From an uncultured Clostridia bacterium (GTDB lineage: Bacteria > Aerophobota > Aerophobia > Aerophobales > B3-G15): a stretch of DNA of 36,813 nt. The notes under the pieces were generated by a model that worked only from the letters and a program-made list of their open reading frames with translations, made no database searches and was not told the origin of the DNA. How positions within the stretch are numbered: the stretch's first letter is position 1; each line of letters opens with the position of its first letter. Below, one piece after another: positions 8,394-17,586 of this stretch. The position numbers and the translations under genes were made by a program. The stretch spans positions 1 to 36,813 of the forward strand of contig CAYZYX010000016.1 of the NCBI GenBank assembly GCA_964482715.1, written 5' to 3'.

Positions 8394-8556
8394 ATGACTG
8401 TTGACTACAGTAAGCTGAGAAATCTAACTGCTCGTGAAATTATTAACGCCCTTTCTCGCGATGGATTTTACTTGAGAAAGCAAAGAGGAAGCCATCATTG
8501 AAAAACAGGCCAAATGGACTGAAAAAGATTTAAAAAGGTTAAAACTTTTAAAGTAA
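8394..8556 (+). pseudogene. hicA: HicA toxin pseudogene (internal deletion with frameshift)
   Basis: MTVDYSKLRNLTAREIINALSRDGFYLRKQRGSHH then stop at 8499-8501. A HicA-like C-terminus (IIEKQAKWTEKDLKRLKLLK*) resumes at once in another frame. Confidence 0.8.
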
Positions 8557-8810
8557 AGTCAAGTCCTTCAGTCCGGTAAGCATTTTCATTTCCCATTAAA
8601 TTAATTTACCCAGAAATTTTCCAATTTCAGGCTCTCTAAAATGTATATTTAAATAAAAACGATATGAATTGGTACAATGAACAAGAAATGAGATAAAAGA
8701 AAGCCTTGAAGAATCCCCAGGAAGAAAACTGTACTCTTAGAGAAAGTTAAGGATGAGCTACAAGGCAGAGCTTGAGAGGTATTTGTGCTCAAAGAAGAAA
8801 AAAGGGAAAT

Positions 8811-8838
8811 TTGGCAAAAAGGGGGAAGTTGGTATAAT
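8811..8838 (+). promoter_or_regulatory. Sigma-70-type promoter upstream of the methyltransferase
   Basis: TTGGCA-N16-TATAAT with extended TGn. Confidence 0.5.
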
Positions 8839-8871
8839 AAAAAAACAAAAACTTGCCCGTAGGATCAAAAT

Positions 8872-9381
8872 ATGCTTATCATAGCTGCTATACTGGCAGC
8901 AGTATCTGGTATGATAGTCTGGATTTACTGGCCAGAGCTTATTGGAGCAGGATGGAGTCCCACTCCTATGGAAAATGTGCGAAAGATGCTTGAGATGGCA
9001 GATGTCAAAAAGGATGACCTTGTCTACGATCTTGGATGTGGAGATGGCAGAATAATAGCTGTGGCAGCAGCTGAATTTGGTGCAAGAGCAGTTGGAATAG
9101 AGGCTGATCCCCTGCGCTTTCTCCTATCCTGGATGCGGATAAAACTGAGAGGACTTGGCAGGCAGGTTAAGGTGGTGTGGGGAGATTTTTTTAATCACGA
9201 TTTAAGTGATGCTACTGTGGTCTGTGTTTTTCTTTCCCATAAAGCAAATAGCAGACTGAAGAGAAAACTGGAGAGGGAACTTACTCCTGGAACAAGAATA
9301 GTCTCTTATTACTGGACCTTCAGTGGATGGAAAGCGGTAAAAATCGACCCTTCCTCTAATTTATACCTTTACCGGATTTAA
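8872..9381 (+). CDS. Class I SAM-dependent methyltransferase with N-terminal TM anchor
   Basis: WSPTP, VYDLGCGDGR motif I, GIEADP, GDFF..DLSDATVV, PGTRIVSY; hydrophobic N-terminus. Confidence 0.9.
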   Translation: MLIIAAILAAVSGMIVWIYWPELIGAGWSPTPMENVRKMLEMADVKKDDLVYDLGCGDGRIIAVAAAEFGARAVGIEADPLRFLLSWMRIKLRGLGRQVKVVWGDFFNHDLSDATVVCVFLSHKANSRLKRKLERELTPGTRIVSYYWTFSGWKAVKIDPSSNLYLYRI

Positions 9382-9410
9382 ACGTCTTTCTTTTCCTTCT
9401 TACTTTCTGG

Positions 9411-9548
9411 TTAATCTTCTTCCTTTAGCTTTCCCAGAAAATCCTTAACCAGAGGTGGGTAAGTTTCTTTTAATCTTGAAGCATCTTCAAGCACTATTTT
9501 TATCTTTCTAAGTTCTATTTCATAACTGTAGGTATGTCTGAAAAAGTA
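9411..9548 (-). pseudogene. C-terminal remnant of a HEPN (HepT-like) ribonuclease
   Basis: Manual translation gives YFFRHTYSYEIELRKIKIVLEDASRLKETYPPLVKDFLGKLKEED*. This resembles the (R)xFFRHxY end of HepT-like toxins. No start codon; in-frame stop just upstream. Confidence 0.5.
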
Positions 9549-9626
9549 TTAGTTCTAAGATGGAAAATCTTGCCTTGTCTATTCTATCCCTTCCTGGAGT
9601 ATTTTTTATTGTCAGTACTCTAAAAG

Positions 9627-9670
9627 TTGACAAGATAGACTCTATAATTAAAATGACTATAGATATGGTC
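9627..9670 (+). promoter_or_regulatory. Promoter and probable operator of phd-relE
   Basis: TTGACA-N16-TAAAAT followed by imperfect palindrome GACTATA-GA-TATGGTC (9655-9670). Confidence 0.55.
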
Positions 9671-9688
9671 AAAAAGGAGGAGGTAAGG

Positions 9689-9946
9689 ATGAAATTTGTA
9701 AGTGTTGCAGAAGCAAAAGCAAAATTCTCTGAAATTTTAAGGGAGAGTAAAAAGGAAGACATTATTATCACCAGCAGGGGAAAGCCTAAGGCTCTAATCC
9801 AGAGTTTAGAAGGAGAAGACTTCGAAGATTTCCTTATCTCTCACAGTAGAAAAATAAGAGAGTCAATAGAAAAAGCCTGGGAGGAGTGCAAAAGAGGAGA
9901 GGTGATACCATTAGAGGAGTTTATGAGGCGTGCAAAGCGGAAGTAA
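9689..9946 (+). CDS. Phd/YefM-family antitoxin
   Basis: MKFVSVAEAKAKFSEIL...IIITSRGKPKALI. Start moved to the ATG at 9689, after SD AAGGAGGAGG. Confidence 0.9.
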   Translation: MKFVSVAEAKAKFSEILRESKKEDIIITSRGKPKALIQSLEGEDFEDFLISHSRKIRESIEKAWEECKRGEVIPLEEFMRRAKRK

Positions 9947-10226
9947 ATTTACGGTGGTAATTGCAAAATCTGCCAGGAAGGATTTTGAGGGGCTACCACA
10001 AAATATAGTCGAGCGGATCTTTGCAGGTTTGCAAAGGCTATCTACTAATCCTTTTCCTGGTACATGGAAGGCAATTAGAAGGCTACGGCTCAAAGAGCCT
10101 ACTTATCGGCTAAGAATCAGCGATTATCGAGTTATTTATCGTGTACAGGAAAGGAAGATTTTCGTCCTTAAGATTGTGAGTAGAAAAGACTTAGAGAAAG
10201 AACTGAAAAAAATGAAATCCGGATAG
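9930..10226 (+). CDS. relE: RelE/ParE-family toxin
   Basis: SARKDF..LP...L.TNPFP...YRLRISDYRVIY; overlaps the antitoxin 3' end. Confidence 0.9.
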   Translation: MQSGSKFTVVIAKSARKDFEGLPQNIVERIFAGLQRLSTNPFPGTWKAIRRLRLKEPTYRLRISDYRVIYRVQERKIFVLKIVSRKDLEKELKKMKSG

Positions 10227-10237
10227 ATTGCCTTTTT

Positions 10238-10302
10238 CCCGCTGGCGTAGCTCGGTAAGCCTTCCTCCAGGACAAAAAGAGATGCTCCTCGCAAAGGTTT
10301 TA
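10238..10302. repeat. Dispersed ~63-bp repeat, copy 1
   Basis: Shares exact CCCGCTGGCGTAGCT plus CAAAAAGA..TGC..TCGCA.AGGTTTTA with 32015-32076. Confidence 0.75.
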
Positions 10303-10403
10303 TCTCACCTGTGATTTTACTGTAGTAGGCCTTTTCTTTTTGTGAGTGCAAAGTTTCCGCTAAGGCAAATTTTTGTTCGCTGAAAAAGTGTCCCGTCTCA
10401 GAT

Positions 10404-10438
10404 GGTCAATTTGACCGGAAATTTCTTTTTGCTATACT
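10404..10438 (+). promoter_or_regulatory. recO promoter with overlapping palindrome
   Basis: TTGACC-N16-TATACT with TGn extension. The -35 is the right arm of the palindrome GGTCAA-T-TTGACC. Confidence 0.55.
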
Positions 10439-10471
10439 TAAAGAGCTTTATTTTAGTGGTGGTGAGATAAA

Positions 10472-11254
10472 ATGAGATTTTTAAAAACCGGGGGGCTGGT
10501 GTTAACTGGCTTTGACCTTATGGAGCAGGATAAAATAGTAGTATTTTACACACCCTCAGGTATGTTAAAAGTGGTAGTTAAGGGGGCAAGGAGGATAAAA
10601 AGCAGATTTGCTCCTCTGGTGAGTCTTCCCTGCTACGCGGAGCTTCTTATCTACAGGAAAAGGGAGTCTGAGATGGGAATATTAACAGACGGTAAAATAA
10701 AACACCTTTTCCCTGGTATAAGAGGTGATATCTTCAAATTTGCTCAGGCAAATCATCTTGCTGAAGTGGTGCTTTTTTCTACCCGGGAGGGAAAAGAAGA
10801 CCGGGAAATTTTTGACCTTTTACTCAAAACTTTTTTCATGATAGAAAGAGAAAAAAGAGAAAATCTTGAAATTGTCAGTCTTGCATTTAAACTTAAATTC
10901 CTCCATCTTCTTGGATACACCCCCGAGCTTAAAAAATGCACCATTTGTGGTAGAAAAAGGGAGTTTTTTAAGACATATTACTTTTCTCCTGTTTATGGAG
11001 GAATAATCTGCGAAACTTGCCAGAAAGGTAGAACTCGGGTAAAAAGTATCTCTGAGTTTACCCTTCTTACCATGGACTTCCTTTTGCAAAATAAAATAGA
11101 AAAAGCTCCTTCTTCTGGTTTTAACCAGATAACCGGGCAAATTGAAGATCTTCTGGAGAAATATTTTTGCTATCATGTAGGAGAGAGGAAAATACCAAAA
11201 TCTTCTCTTTTTATAAAAAACCTGAAGAAATGTTTCATTAAGGAGGGGACTTGA
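10472..11254 (+). CDS. recO: DNA repair protein RecO
   Basis: N-terminal OB fold (E.DKIVVFYT..G....VKGARR.KSRF), LLGY.PEL..CxxC...GGIICxxC zinc finger. Confidence 0.92.
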   Translation: MRFLKTGGLVLTGFDLMEQDKIVVFYTPSGMLKVVVKGARRIKSRFAPLVSLPCYAELLIYRKRESEMGILTDGKIKHLFPGIRGDIFKFAQANHLAEVVLFSTREGKEDREIFDLLLKTFFMIEREKRENLEIVSLAFKLKFLHLLGYTPELKKCTICGRKREFFKTYYFSPVYGGIICETCQKGRTRVKSISEFTLLTMDFLLQNKIEKAPSSGFNQITGQIEDLLEKYFCYHVGERKIPKSSLFIKNLKKCFIKEGT

Positions 11255-11308
11255 CAGTAACAAATTCCTGTATGGATTATATCTATATTGGTGTTAAAAG
11301 GAGGAAAT

Positions 11309-12469
11309 GTGAATAGTGGTAACTTCAAGCTTGCACAGGAAAAACAAGTAGATACATCTCTTAGCAGATATCTAAAGGATATAGGCAAGACTCCTCTTTT
11401 AACTCCCGAAGAGGAGAAAGAGCTGGCTATAAAACTTAAAACCAGAAGGGAGGAACTTGCAGGAATAGTTTTAAAAATAATCCAGATAATCAAAAAGGTC
11501 CCCAGACTTAAAAGTTTCTTTCTAATGAATGGAAAAACCGAAAAGGATATGCAGCAGGTTAAGGAAAATATGGACAAATTAAGAGAAATTGCTGATTTTA
11601 TACTTAAAAATCAAGACCAAATACTGGAAATTGCAGGCAAAGAAGAGAGAAAAATCTTGGGTGGACTTATTGGAAAAATGAAAATTGCCAAAAACGCCTA
11701 TGAGCAGTACAAGAAGAAAATGATGGAGGCAAACCTCAGACTGGTGGTAAGTTTTGCCAAGAAGTACACCGGAAAAGGAGTCTCTTTCTCCGATCTTATC
11801 CAGGAGGGAAACATTGGGCTTTCCAAAGCCGTGGACAAATTTGATTATGAAACAGGAAAGAGGTTCAGCACTTATGCCAGCTGGTGGATAAGACAATCCC
11901 TGGCAAGGGCAATTACCGATCAGGCAAAGGCGATTCGTCTTCCCGTTCATATAGCTCACCTTATGAAAAAATTAACCACCATTTCTCGCAAGCTGGAACA
12001 GAAGCTCTCTCGAGAACCAACACCCGAGGAAATTGCCGAGGAAGCCGAACTTTCACCGGAAAAAATCAAAAAGACCCTGGGGCTCTCTCAGGAGACAGTT
12101 TCCTTTGAAACACCCGTGGGAGAGGAAAAAGATACCCCCATGATTGATTTTATTGCTAACGCAACCATTCCACCCCCTGTTTATGAGCTTACCCTGGAAA
12201 TGTTGAGAAAAGAGGTAAGAGAGCTTCTGGAGAAAGTGGTAAAGGACAAGAGGGAGCTTGAAATCTTGAAGCTCAGATTCGGGCTGGAAGGAGAAACTTA
12301 CTCCCTCAGGGAAATAGGAAAAAGATACGGGGTGAGCAGGGAAAGGATAAGGCAAATTCAGGAAAGGGCTCTCAAGCGACTTAGAACCCCGGCAGAGGAG
12401 AGAGGCTTAAGGGAATACCTTGAACTTCTGGATGAATTGAGGGCTCACCTGGAGGAAACTTATACATAA
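11309..12469 (+). CDS. RpoD/SigA-family sigma-70 factor lacking region 1.1
   Basis: Region 1.2 (YLKDIGKTPLLTPEEE), region 2 (ANLRLVVSFAKKY, DLIQEGNIGL, FSTYASWWIRQ), region 4 (LRFGL...SLREIG....VSRERIRQI). GTG at 11309 follows SD AAGGAGG; the ORF track start is 11288. Confidence 0.88.
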   Translation: MNSGNFKLAQEKQVDTSLSRYLKDIGKTPLLTPEEEKELAIKLKTRREELAGIVLKIIQIIKKVPRLKSFFLMNGKTEKDMQQVKENMDKLREIADFILKNQDQILEIAGKEERKILGGLIGKMKIAKNAYEQYKKKMMEANLRLVVSFAKKYTGKGVSFSDLIQEGNIGLSKAVDKFDYETGKRFSTYASWWIRQSLARAITDQAKAIRLPVHIAHLMKKLTTISRKLEQKLSREPTPEEIAEEAELSPEKIKKTLGLSQETVSFETPVGEEKDTPMIDFIANATIPPPVYELTLEMLRKEVRELLEKVVKDKRELEILKLRFGLEGETYSLREIGKRYGVSRERIRQIQERALKRLRTPAEERGLREYLELLDELRAHLEETYT

Positions 12470-12486
12470 AGCAGGGGAGGTTATTA

Positions 12487-13578
12487 TTGCCAACTTTCTC
12501 AGCCGGCATCATAGGTCTACCCAACGCCGGTAAATCTACTCTTTTTAATGCCCTCACACGGGGAAATGCCGAGGTTGCCAGTTTTCCTTTTTGCACTATC
12601 TCGCCTAATGTAAGTCAGATTTTCATTCCCGACCCCCGCCTTGATAAACTTGTCGCTTTAATTAAACCAGAAAGGGTGGTCCCGGCCTGGATTGAAGTGG
12701 TAGACGTGGCAGGACTTATCCGGGGGGCTCACCGGGGAGAAGGACTGGGCAATGAATTTTTAAGCAGAATAAGGGGGGTAAGTCTTCTGGTGGAAGTTGT
12801 TCGTTGCTTTGAATCTTCTGTTCCTCATCCTGAAGGAAATATTGATCCTGTGCGAGATGCAGAGACTATTAAGCTTGAACTTATCTTCTCTGACCTGGAA
12901 ATAATTGAAAGAAGGTTGACAAGACTGAATAAGCTATTAAAATCAAAGACTAATAGAACCCATCAGCAGAGGTTTGAACTTTTAACAGGATTGAAAAAAA
13001 TCCTGGAGAGGGGAGATTTTCCCCGCTTATATCTTTCCAGAGATGAGCTTGAAATGGCTGAAGAGGAAGGACTTCTTTCGGTTAAACCTCTGATTTTTGT
13101 AGCTAACATCGGTGAGGAAAGCTCTTCCTCCTTGCAGGCTCAGAAGCTCAGAGACTTTGCTGAAAAAGAAAGGATAGGAATGGTTGAAATCTGTGCTCAA
13201 CTGGAAATGGAACTTTCCCAGCTTGGTCCGGAAGAAGAGAAGAGTTTTCGTGAGGAAATGGAGGTGAAAAATCAGAACAAAGCAAAACTTATAGATCTTA
13301 TAGCCAAAGAACTTGAGCTTGTCACTTTTTTCACCGTTACGGGAGGAGAAGAGGTAAGAGCCTGGGCGGTAAAAAGGGGAACTCCAGCAGTAGAAGCAGC
13401 CGGAAAAGTGCACTCCGATATGAAAAGGGGTTTTATCCGGGCGGAAGTTCTACCGGTTGAACAGCTTCTTAAAATCGGGGACTGGAAAAAAGCCAGATCC
13501 GAAGGGAAGATGAGATTAGAAGGAAGAGATTACCAGGTGCAAGATGGTGATGTTATTCATTTTCGCTTTAACGTGTGA
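12487..13578 (+). CDS. ychF: Redox-regulated ATPase YchF
   Basis: GLPNAGKSTLFNALT, FPFCTI.PN, DVAGL..GA..GEGLGN.FL, TGS domain ending EG.DY.VQDGDV.HFRFNV. Confidence 0.97.
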   Translation: MPTFSAGIIGLPNAGKSTLFNALTRGNAEVASFPFCTISPNVSQIFIPDPRLDKLVALIKPERVVPAWIEVVDVAGLIRGAHRGEGLGNEFLSRIRGVSLLVEVVRCFESSVPHPEGNIDPVRDAETIKLELIFSDLEIIERRLTRLNKLLKSKTNRTHQQRFELLTGLKKILERGDFPRLYLSRDELEMAEEEGLLSVKPLIFVANIGEESSSSLQAQKLRDFAEKERIGMVEICAQLEMELSQLGPEEEKSFREEMEVKNQNKAKLIDLIAKELELVTFFTVTGGEEVRAWAVKRGTPAVEAAGKVHSDMKRGFIRAEVLPVEQLLKIGDWKKARSEGKMRLEGRDYQVQDGDVIHFRFNV

Positions 13579-13600
13579 CAGTTTTTCCAGGAGGTGGTGA

Positions 13601-13942
13601 ATGCCCCTTTATCAACTCTGTTTTGCTTTAAGACCCAATACGGATGAAGAGGTAATCAAGGCTATAAGGGACAGGATAGGAGTTTTTGTTGGAGAACGGG
13701 GAGGAAGAATTGAGGAGGTTGAAGAGTTTGGTCAAAAACCCCTTTCCTATGAGGTGAAAGGAGAAGAGGAGGGAATTTTTATAAGAGTGTTTTTTACTCT
13801 GGAAAACCCCTCTTCTCTGGATGAGCTTGCCAGATGGATGAGAGCCCAGAATGAAGTTATAAGGCTCATTTTGATAAAAATGAAAAAACCTTTAACCAGA
13901 GAAGAGAAAAAAATAAAGGAGAAAAAAGCCCATGTTAAATAG
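13601..13942 (+). CDS. rpsF: 30S ribosomal protein S6
   Basis: Divergent S6 pattern (GG.I..VEEFG.K.LSYEVK...G) in rpsF-ssb-rpsR-rplI synteny. Confidence 0.88.
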   Translation: MPLYQLCFALRPNTDEEVIKAIRDRIGVFVGERGGRIEEVEEFGQKPLSYEVKGEEEGIFIRVFFTLENPSSLDELARWMRAQNEVIRLILIKMKKPLTREEKKIKEKKAHVK

Positions 13943-14384
13943 AGTGATATTAATAGGTAACCTGACTCAGGACCCCGAACTCCGTTACACACCTGATGGA
14001 ACTCCGGTGGCCAGTTTTACCCTGGCAGTCAATCGCCCCTACATCAATCAAAGTGGTGAGAGAGAAACCGACTTCATCCCGGTGGTTGTCTGGAGAAAAC
14101 AGGCGGAGAGATGCTCTGATTATCTCACCAAGGGTTCCCAGGTTGCCGTTGATGGAAGGCTTCAGATACGCTCCTACGAAGATAGAGATGGCATCAGGAG
14201 AAAAGTAAGTGAGGTAATAGCCTGGAGGGTTGAATTTCTCCAGAGACTGAAAAAACCCTTAACCCAGGAGGCACCTGACCGGGTGGAAGAGGAGGTAGAA
14301 AATGATATAGACAGCATCTCTATTCCCGGTGAACAGGTGAATGAGGAAAAAGATGAAGGTGGTGAACATGAGGAAGGTAAATAA
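13932..14384 (+). CDS. ssb: Single-stranded DNA-binding protein
   Basis: [28 protein letters not shown]. Confidence 0.97.
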   Translation: MLNRVILIGNLTQDPELRYTPDGTPVASFTLAVNRPYINQSGERETDFIPVVVWRKQAERCSDYLTKGSQVAVDGRLQIRSYEDRDGIRRKVSEVIAWRVEFLQRLKKPLTQEAPDRVEEEVENDIDSISIPGEQVNEEKDEGGEHEEGK

Positions 14385-14409
14385 AAAATAAAGGAGACAG
14401 GATTTAAAA

Positions 14410-14628
14410 ATGATTAACAAGTTCTTCAAGAAAAAAAAGATATGCCAGTTCTGTCATTCCGGTGTTGAACAGATAGACTTTATGCAGGCTGACGTTTTGA
14501 GAAACTACATAGACAATCGTGCCAGGATAAAAAACAGGCGAAGGACCGGGGTCTGTGCCAAACACCAGAGACAACTCACCCGAGCCATAAAAATTGCCCG
14601 GCAGATGGCCCTTTTACCCTATAAGTAG
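14410..14628 (+). CDS. rpsR: 30S ribosomal protein S18 (Zn-binding C+ type)
   Basis: CQFC...RRRTGVCAKHQRQLTRAIK.ARQMALLPY. Confidence 0.96.
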   Translation: MINKFFKKKKICQFCHSGVEQIDFMQADVLRNYIDNRARIKNRRRTGVCAKHQRQLTRAIKIARQMALLPYK

Positions 14629-14637
14629 GAGTGGAAA

Positions 14638-15099
14638 ATGAAGGTTATTTTGCAGCAAGATCTGGAGGAGCTTGGTTCAAAGGATCAGATAATAGAGGTA
14701 AGTGATGGATATGCCCGTAATTTTCTCATCCCAAGAGGTTTAGCTATTGCGGCAACTCCTTCGGAACTCAAGAAATGGCAGGAAAGGAAAAAGGTTGAAA
14801 AAATAAAAAGAGAAAGGGAAAAATTTAAGGCTAAAAGGTTAGAAGAGAAACTGAAAGACACTACTCTGGTGATAGAAAGAGAGGTGGGAGAGGAAGGAAA
14901 ACTTTTTGGCTCGGTAACCAGTCAGGATATTGCCAGTATCATAAAAAAGAAATTTAACATTTCTCTTGATCACCGAAAGATAGCTCTGGAAGAGCCAATA
15001 AAGGTAATAGGGATACGGGAGATCCTCTTAAAACTGCATCCCGAAGTGCAAATCCCTGTTAAGGTGGAAGTTAAGAAAAAGGCCAAAGAGGAAAAGTAA
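14638..15099 (+). CDS. rplI: 50S ribosomal protein L9
   Basis: MKVIL...LG.....V.DGYARNFLIP; GKLFGSVT. Confidence 0.97.
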   Translation: MKVILQQDLEELGSKDQIIEVSDGYARNFLIPRGLAIAATPSELKKWQERKKVEKIKREREKFKAKRLEEKLKDTTLVIEREVGEEGKLFGSVTSQDIASIIKKKFNISLDHRKIALEEPIKVIGIREILLKLHPEVQIPVKVEVKKKAKEEK

Positions 15100-15104
15100 G
15101 GTTT

Positions 15105-16493
15105 TCACCTTATCTTTTTTCTAAGATGATTTAAAATTAAGATTGAAAGGTCTGTTATATCTCCTGCGCCTACCGTTATTACCAGATCCTTTTCTTTAAT
15201 ATTTTCACTTATAAATTCTAAAATCTCTTTCCAGGAGGAAAAAAAATAGGTGGGGAATTTTCTCCTTCTGGAAACTGCCTCAAAAAAAACCTCCTCGCTT
15301 ACTCCCTCAATAGGCCTCTCGCCAGCTGAGTAAATGGGGGTTAAAATAAGAACATCAACCTCTTCAAAGGCCTCCGCAAATTGAGGCAGAAAAAAACGTG
15401 ATCTTGTGTAGCGATGTGGTTGAAATATAACCAGGGTCCTTCTTCCCAGACGACGAATTTCCTTTATAGTAGCCTTAATTTCAGTGGGATGGTGAGCATA
15501 ATCATCAAATATCCAGATAGACCCTGCTTCACCTACCTTTTCCATTCTTCTTTTTACACCACTAAAAAAGCTAAGAGTTTTCTTTATTCTTTGCCAGGAA
15601 ATGCCAAGTTCAAGTCCAGCACAGATTGCAGCCAGACTGTTGTAAACATTGTGAATTCCAGCCAGAGGAACATCAACCCTGCCCAAAAGGTGAGTCCTGT
15701 AGTAAACACTGAAAGATGACTTAAGAGGGGAAAGTTCAATATTTCGGGCCATTATATGGGATTTATTTTTAATCCCGTAGGTAAAAATCTTTCTCTTTAG
15801 ATTTCTGGTGTGGATAAGATGATTGATTGGAGGATCATCCAGATTTAAAACCAGGAAACCCCGGGATTTAACCCCCTCCATAAATCGGTAAAAGGCAAGA
15901 AGAAGGTCTCTTTTTGAGCCATAATACTCCAGGTGATCATCTTCAATGTTGGTGACTACCCCCACACTGGGATGATGGAGAAGAAAGGAGCCATCAGATT
16001 CATCTGATTCCACAATCATCCATCTACTTTTTCCCAGCCGGCTGTTTGATTGTATCCTGTTTAATATGCCCCCTACCAGCAGGGTGGGATCCCGGCCCTC
16101 TTCCAGAAGAAGCTCGGCAATGAGGGAAGCTGTGGTGGTTTTCCCGTGAGTTCCAGCTACAACTATACTTTCCTTTAAGTTAGAGATTTCGGCTACCAGT
16201 TTTCCCCGTGAAACAAGGGAAATCCTTTTTCTTCTTGCCTCTTTGATTTCCGGATTATCCTCCCCTATAGCTGAAGAAAAAACAACAAGGTTGGCGTTTT
16301 TTACCCGGGCTCCCCTGTGTCCCTGACTGATAGAAGCCCCCATTTTTTTGAGTTTCCGGGTAAAGGCGTTTTCTTTAAGATCAGAACCTGTAACCCTGTA
16401 TCCTGCCTGAATAAAGATGCCCGCCAGTCCACTCATACCTATTCCACCAATCCCGACAAAGTGAAAGTGCATTTTAGACCTCACTCCGGCCAT
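15105..16493 (-). CDS. murC: UDP-N-acetylmuramate--L-alanine ligase
   Basis: HFVGIGGIGMSGLA, GTHGKTTT, ESDESDGSF, DDYAHHPTE, FQPHRYTR. Confidence 0.97.
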   Translation of the reverse strand: MAGVRSKMHFHFVGIGGIGMSGLAGIFIQAGYRVTGSDLKENAFTRKLKKMGASISQGHRGARVKNANLVVFSSAIGEDNPEIKEARRKRISLVSRGKLVAEISNLKESIVVAGTHGKTTTASLIAELLLEEGRDPTLLVGGILNRIQSNSRLGKSRWMIVESDESDGSFLLHHPSVGVVTNIEDDHLEYYGSKRDLLLAFYRFMEGVKSRGFLVLNLDDPPINHLIHTRNLKRKIFTYGIKNKSHIMARNIELSPLKSSFSVYYRTHLLGRVDVPLAGIHNVYNSLAAICAGLELGISWQRIKKTLSFFSGVKRRMEKVGEAGSIWIFDDYAHHPTEIKATIKEIRRLGRRTLVIFQPHRYTRSRFFLPQFAEAFEEVDVLILTPIYSAGERPIEGVSEEVFFEAVSRRRKFPTYFFSSWKEILEFISENIKEKDLVITVGAGDITDLSILILNHLRKKIR

Positions 16494-17583
16494 AGTGCAG
16501 GATTAAATTAGCTATTGCTGAGGCGGCTTGCTTATTTTGCTTGCTTTTACTTTTTTCTCTCATCTGGCTTAGAAGATTCTCATCTTCAGCCAGCTTTTTA
16601 ATCAAACCCTTTAAAAAAGAAGGAGTAAGTTTTTCCTGGGGAATTACCCTGGCTGCTCCTTTTTTTTCCATACAGAGAGCGTTTTTCATCTGGTGATTAT
16701 GGGTGGCAAAAGGATAGGGTATCAGGATGGCGGGAAGTCCACGAGCTGTAATTTCAGCCAGAGTAGTAGCTCCACTTCTGCAAATTACCAGGTCACTTGC
16801 AGCATAGGCAAGGTCAATCTGGTAGAGATAAGGAAAAACTTTTCCTTTTAGCTTTAACCTGTCAGTTTTTTCCTTAACCCGGGAATAATTCCTATCTCCG
16901 GTAATAATGATAAACTGAAATCTTTTATCTTCTTTCTCCAGAAGTCTTAAGGTTTCACAGGCAACCTGGTTTAAAAAATCAGCCCCCTGACTTCCTCCCA
17001 TAAAAAGAAAGGTAAATTTTCCTTCCTCCAGTCCGAGTTTTTCGATTGCTTTTTTCCTTGAAGTCTCTATGATCTCCTCTCTTACTGGATTACCGGTTAT
17101 TACAGCTTTCTTTTTTGCCCAGAAAGGCAGATGGTTAAAAGAATCCGGGAAGCTCAGGGCTATTCGGGAGGCAAAAGGCAAAAGCATCCTGTTGGTGAGG
17201 GAAAGATAGACATTTTGCTCACAGAGAATAAGAGGTTTGCCCAGAAAAAAGGCAGCAAGACCTACCGGGAAGGAGTGAAAACTTCCCATGGTCACAACGA
17301 CCCGGGGTCTAAAACGAAAAATGTATCTCATTGCCTGGCAGAAAGAGAGAAAAAGATGCACAAAAAACGTTGCAATTTTCAGGGAAAAAACTGAAGGAAA
17401 GGGACAGGCGGCTATTTTTTGAAATTTCACCTCCTTTTGAGGAACGAGTTTTTGCTCAAGCTTTCTCTTGCCACCTATCCAGAGAATCTGATGCTCCGGG
17501 TTTTGCTTTTTTAATTTTTTAACTATGGCAGCTGCTGGATAAATGTGACCTCCTGTGCCTCCAGCAACAATTAAAATCCTCAT
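16474..17583 (-). CDS. murG: Lipid II GlcNAc transferase MurG
   Basis: GGTGGHIYPA, TGNPVR, GGSQGA, RSGATTLAE, HQ..NA. Confidence 0.97.
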   Translation of the reverse strand: MRILIVAGGTGGHIYPAAAIVKKLKKQNPEHQILWIGGKRKLEQKLVPQKEVKFQKIAACPFPSVFSLKIATFFVHLFLSFCQAMRYIFRFRPRVVVTMGSFHSFPVGLAAFFLGKPLILCEQNVYLSLTNRMLLPFASRIALSFPDSFNHLPFWAKKKAVITGNPVREEIIETSRKKAIEKLGLEEGKFTFLFMGGSQGADFLNQVACETLRLLEKEDKRFQFIIITGDRNYSRVKEKTDRLKLKGKVFPYLYQIDLAYAASDLVICRSGATTLAEITARGLPAILIPYPFATHNHQMKNALCMEKKGAARVIPQEKLTPSFLKGLIKKLAEDENLLSQMREKSKSKQNKQAASAIANLILHYGRSEV

Positions 17584-17586
17584 TTT

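Noticed and set aside
8664-8790. Possible eroded antitoxin-end / RelE-start fragment (…LEKVKDELQGRA* overlapping MSYKAELER…)
   Set aside because: Too short and interrupted to support a family call by eye.
9560-9688. N-terminal extension of the Phd ORF in the ORF track
   Set aside because: It covers the promoter/operator; the SD and family pattern point to the ATG at 9689.
10241-10260. tRNA-like start GCTGGCGTAGCTCGGTAAGC
   Set aside because: No anticodon arm, T-arm or acceptor complement follows; treated as part of the dispersed repeat.
10136-10351. 71-aa minus-strand ORF
   Set aside because: Antisense to relE, runs through the repeat and has no recognisable motif.
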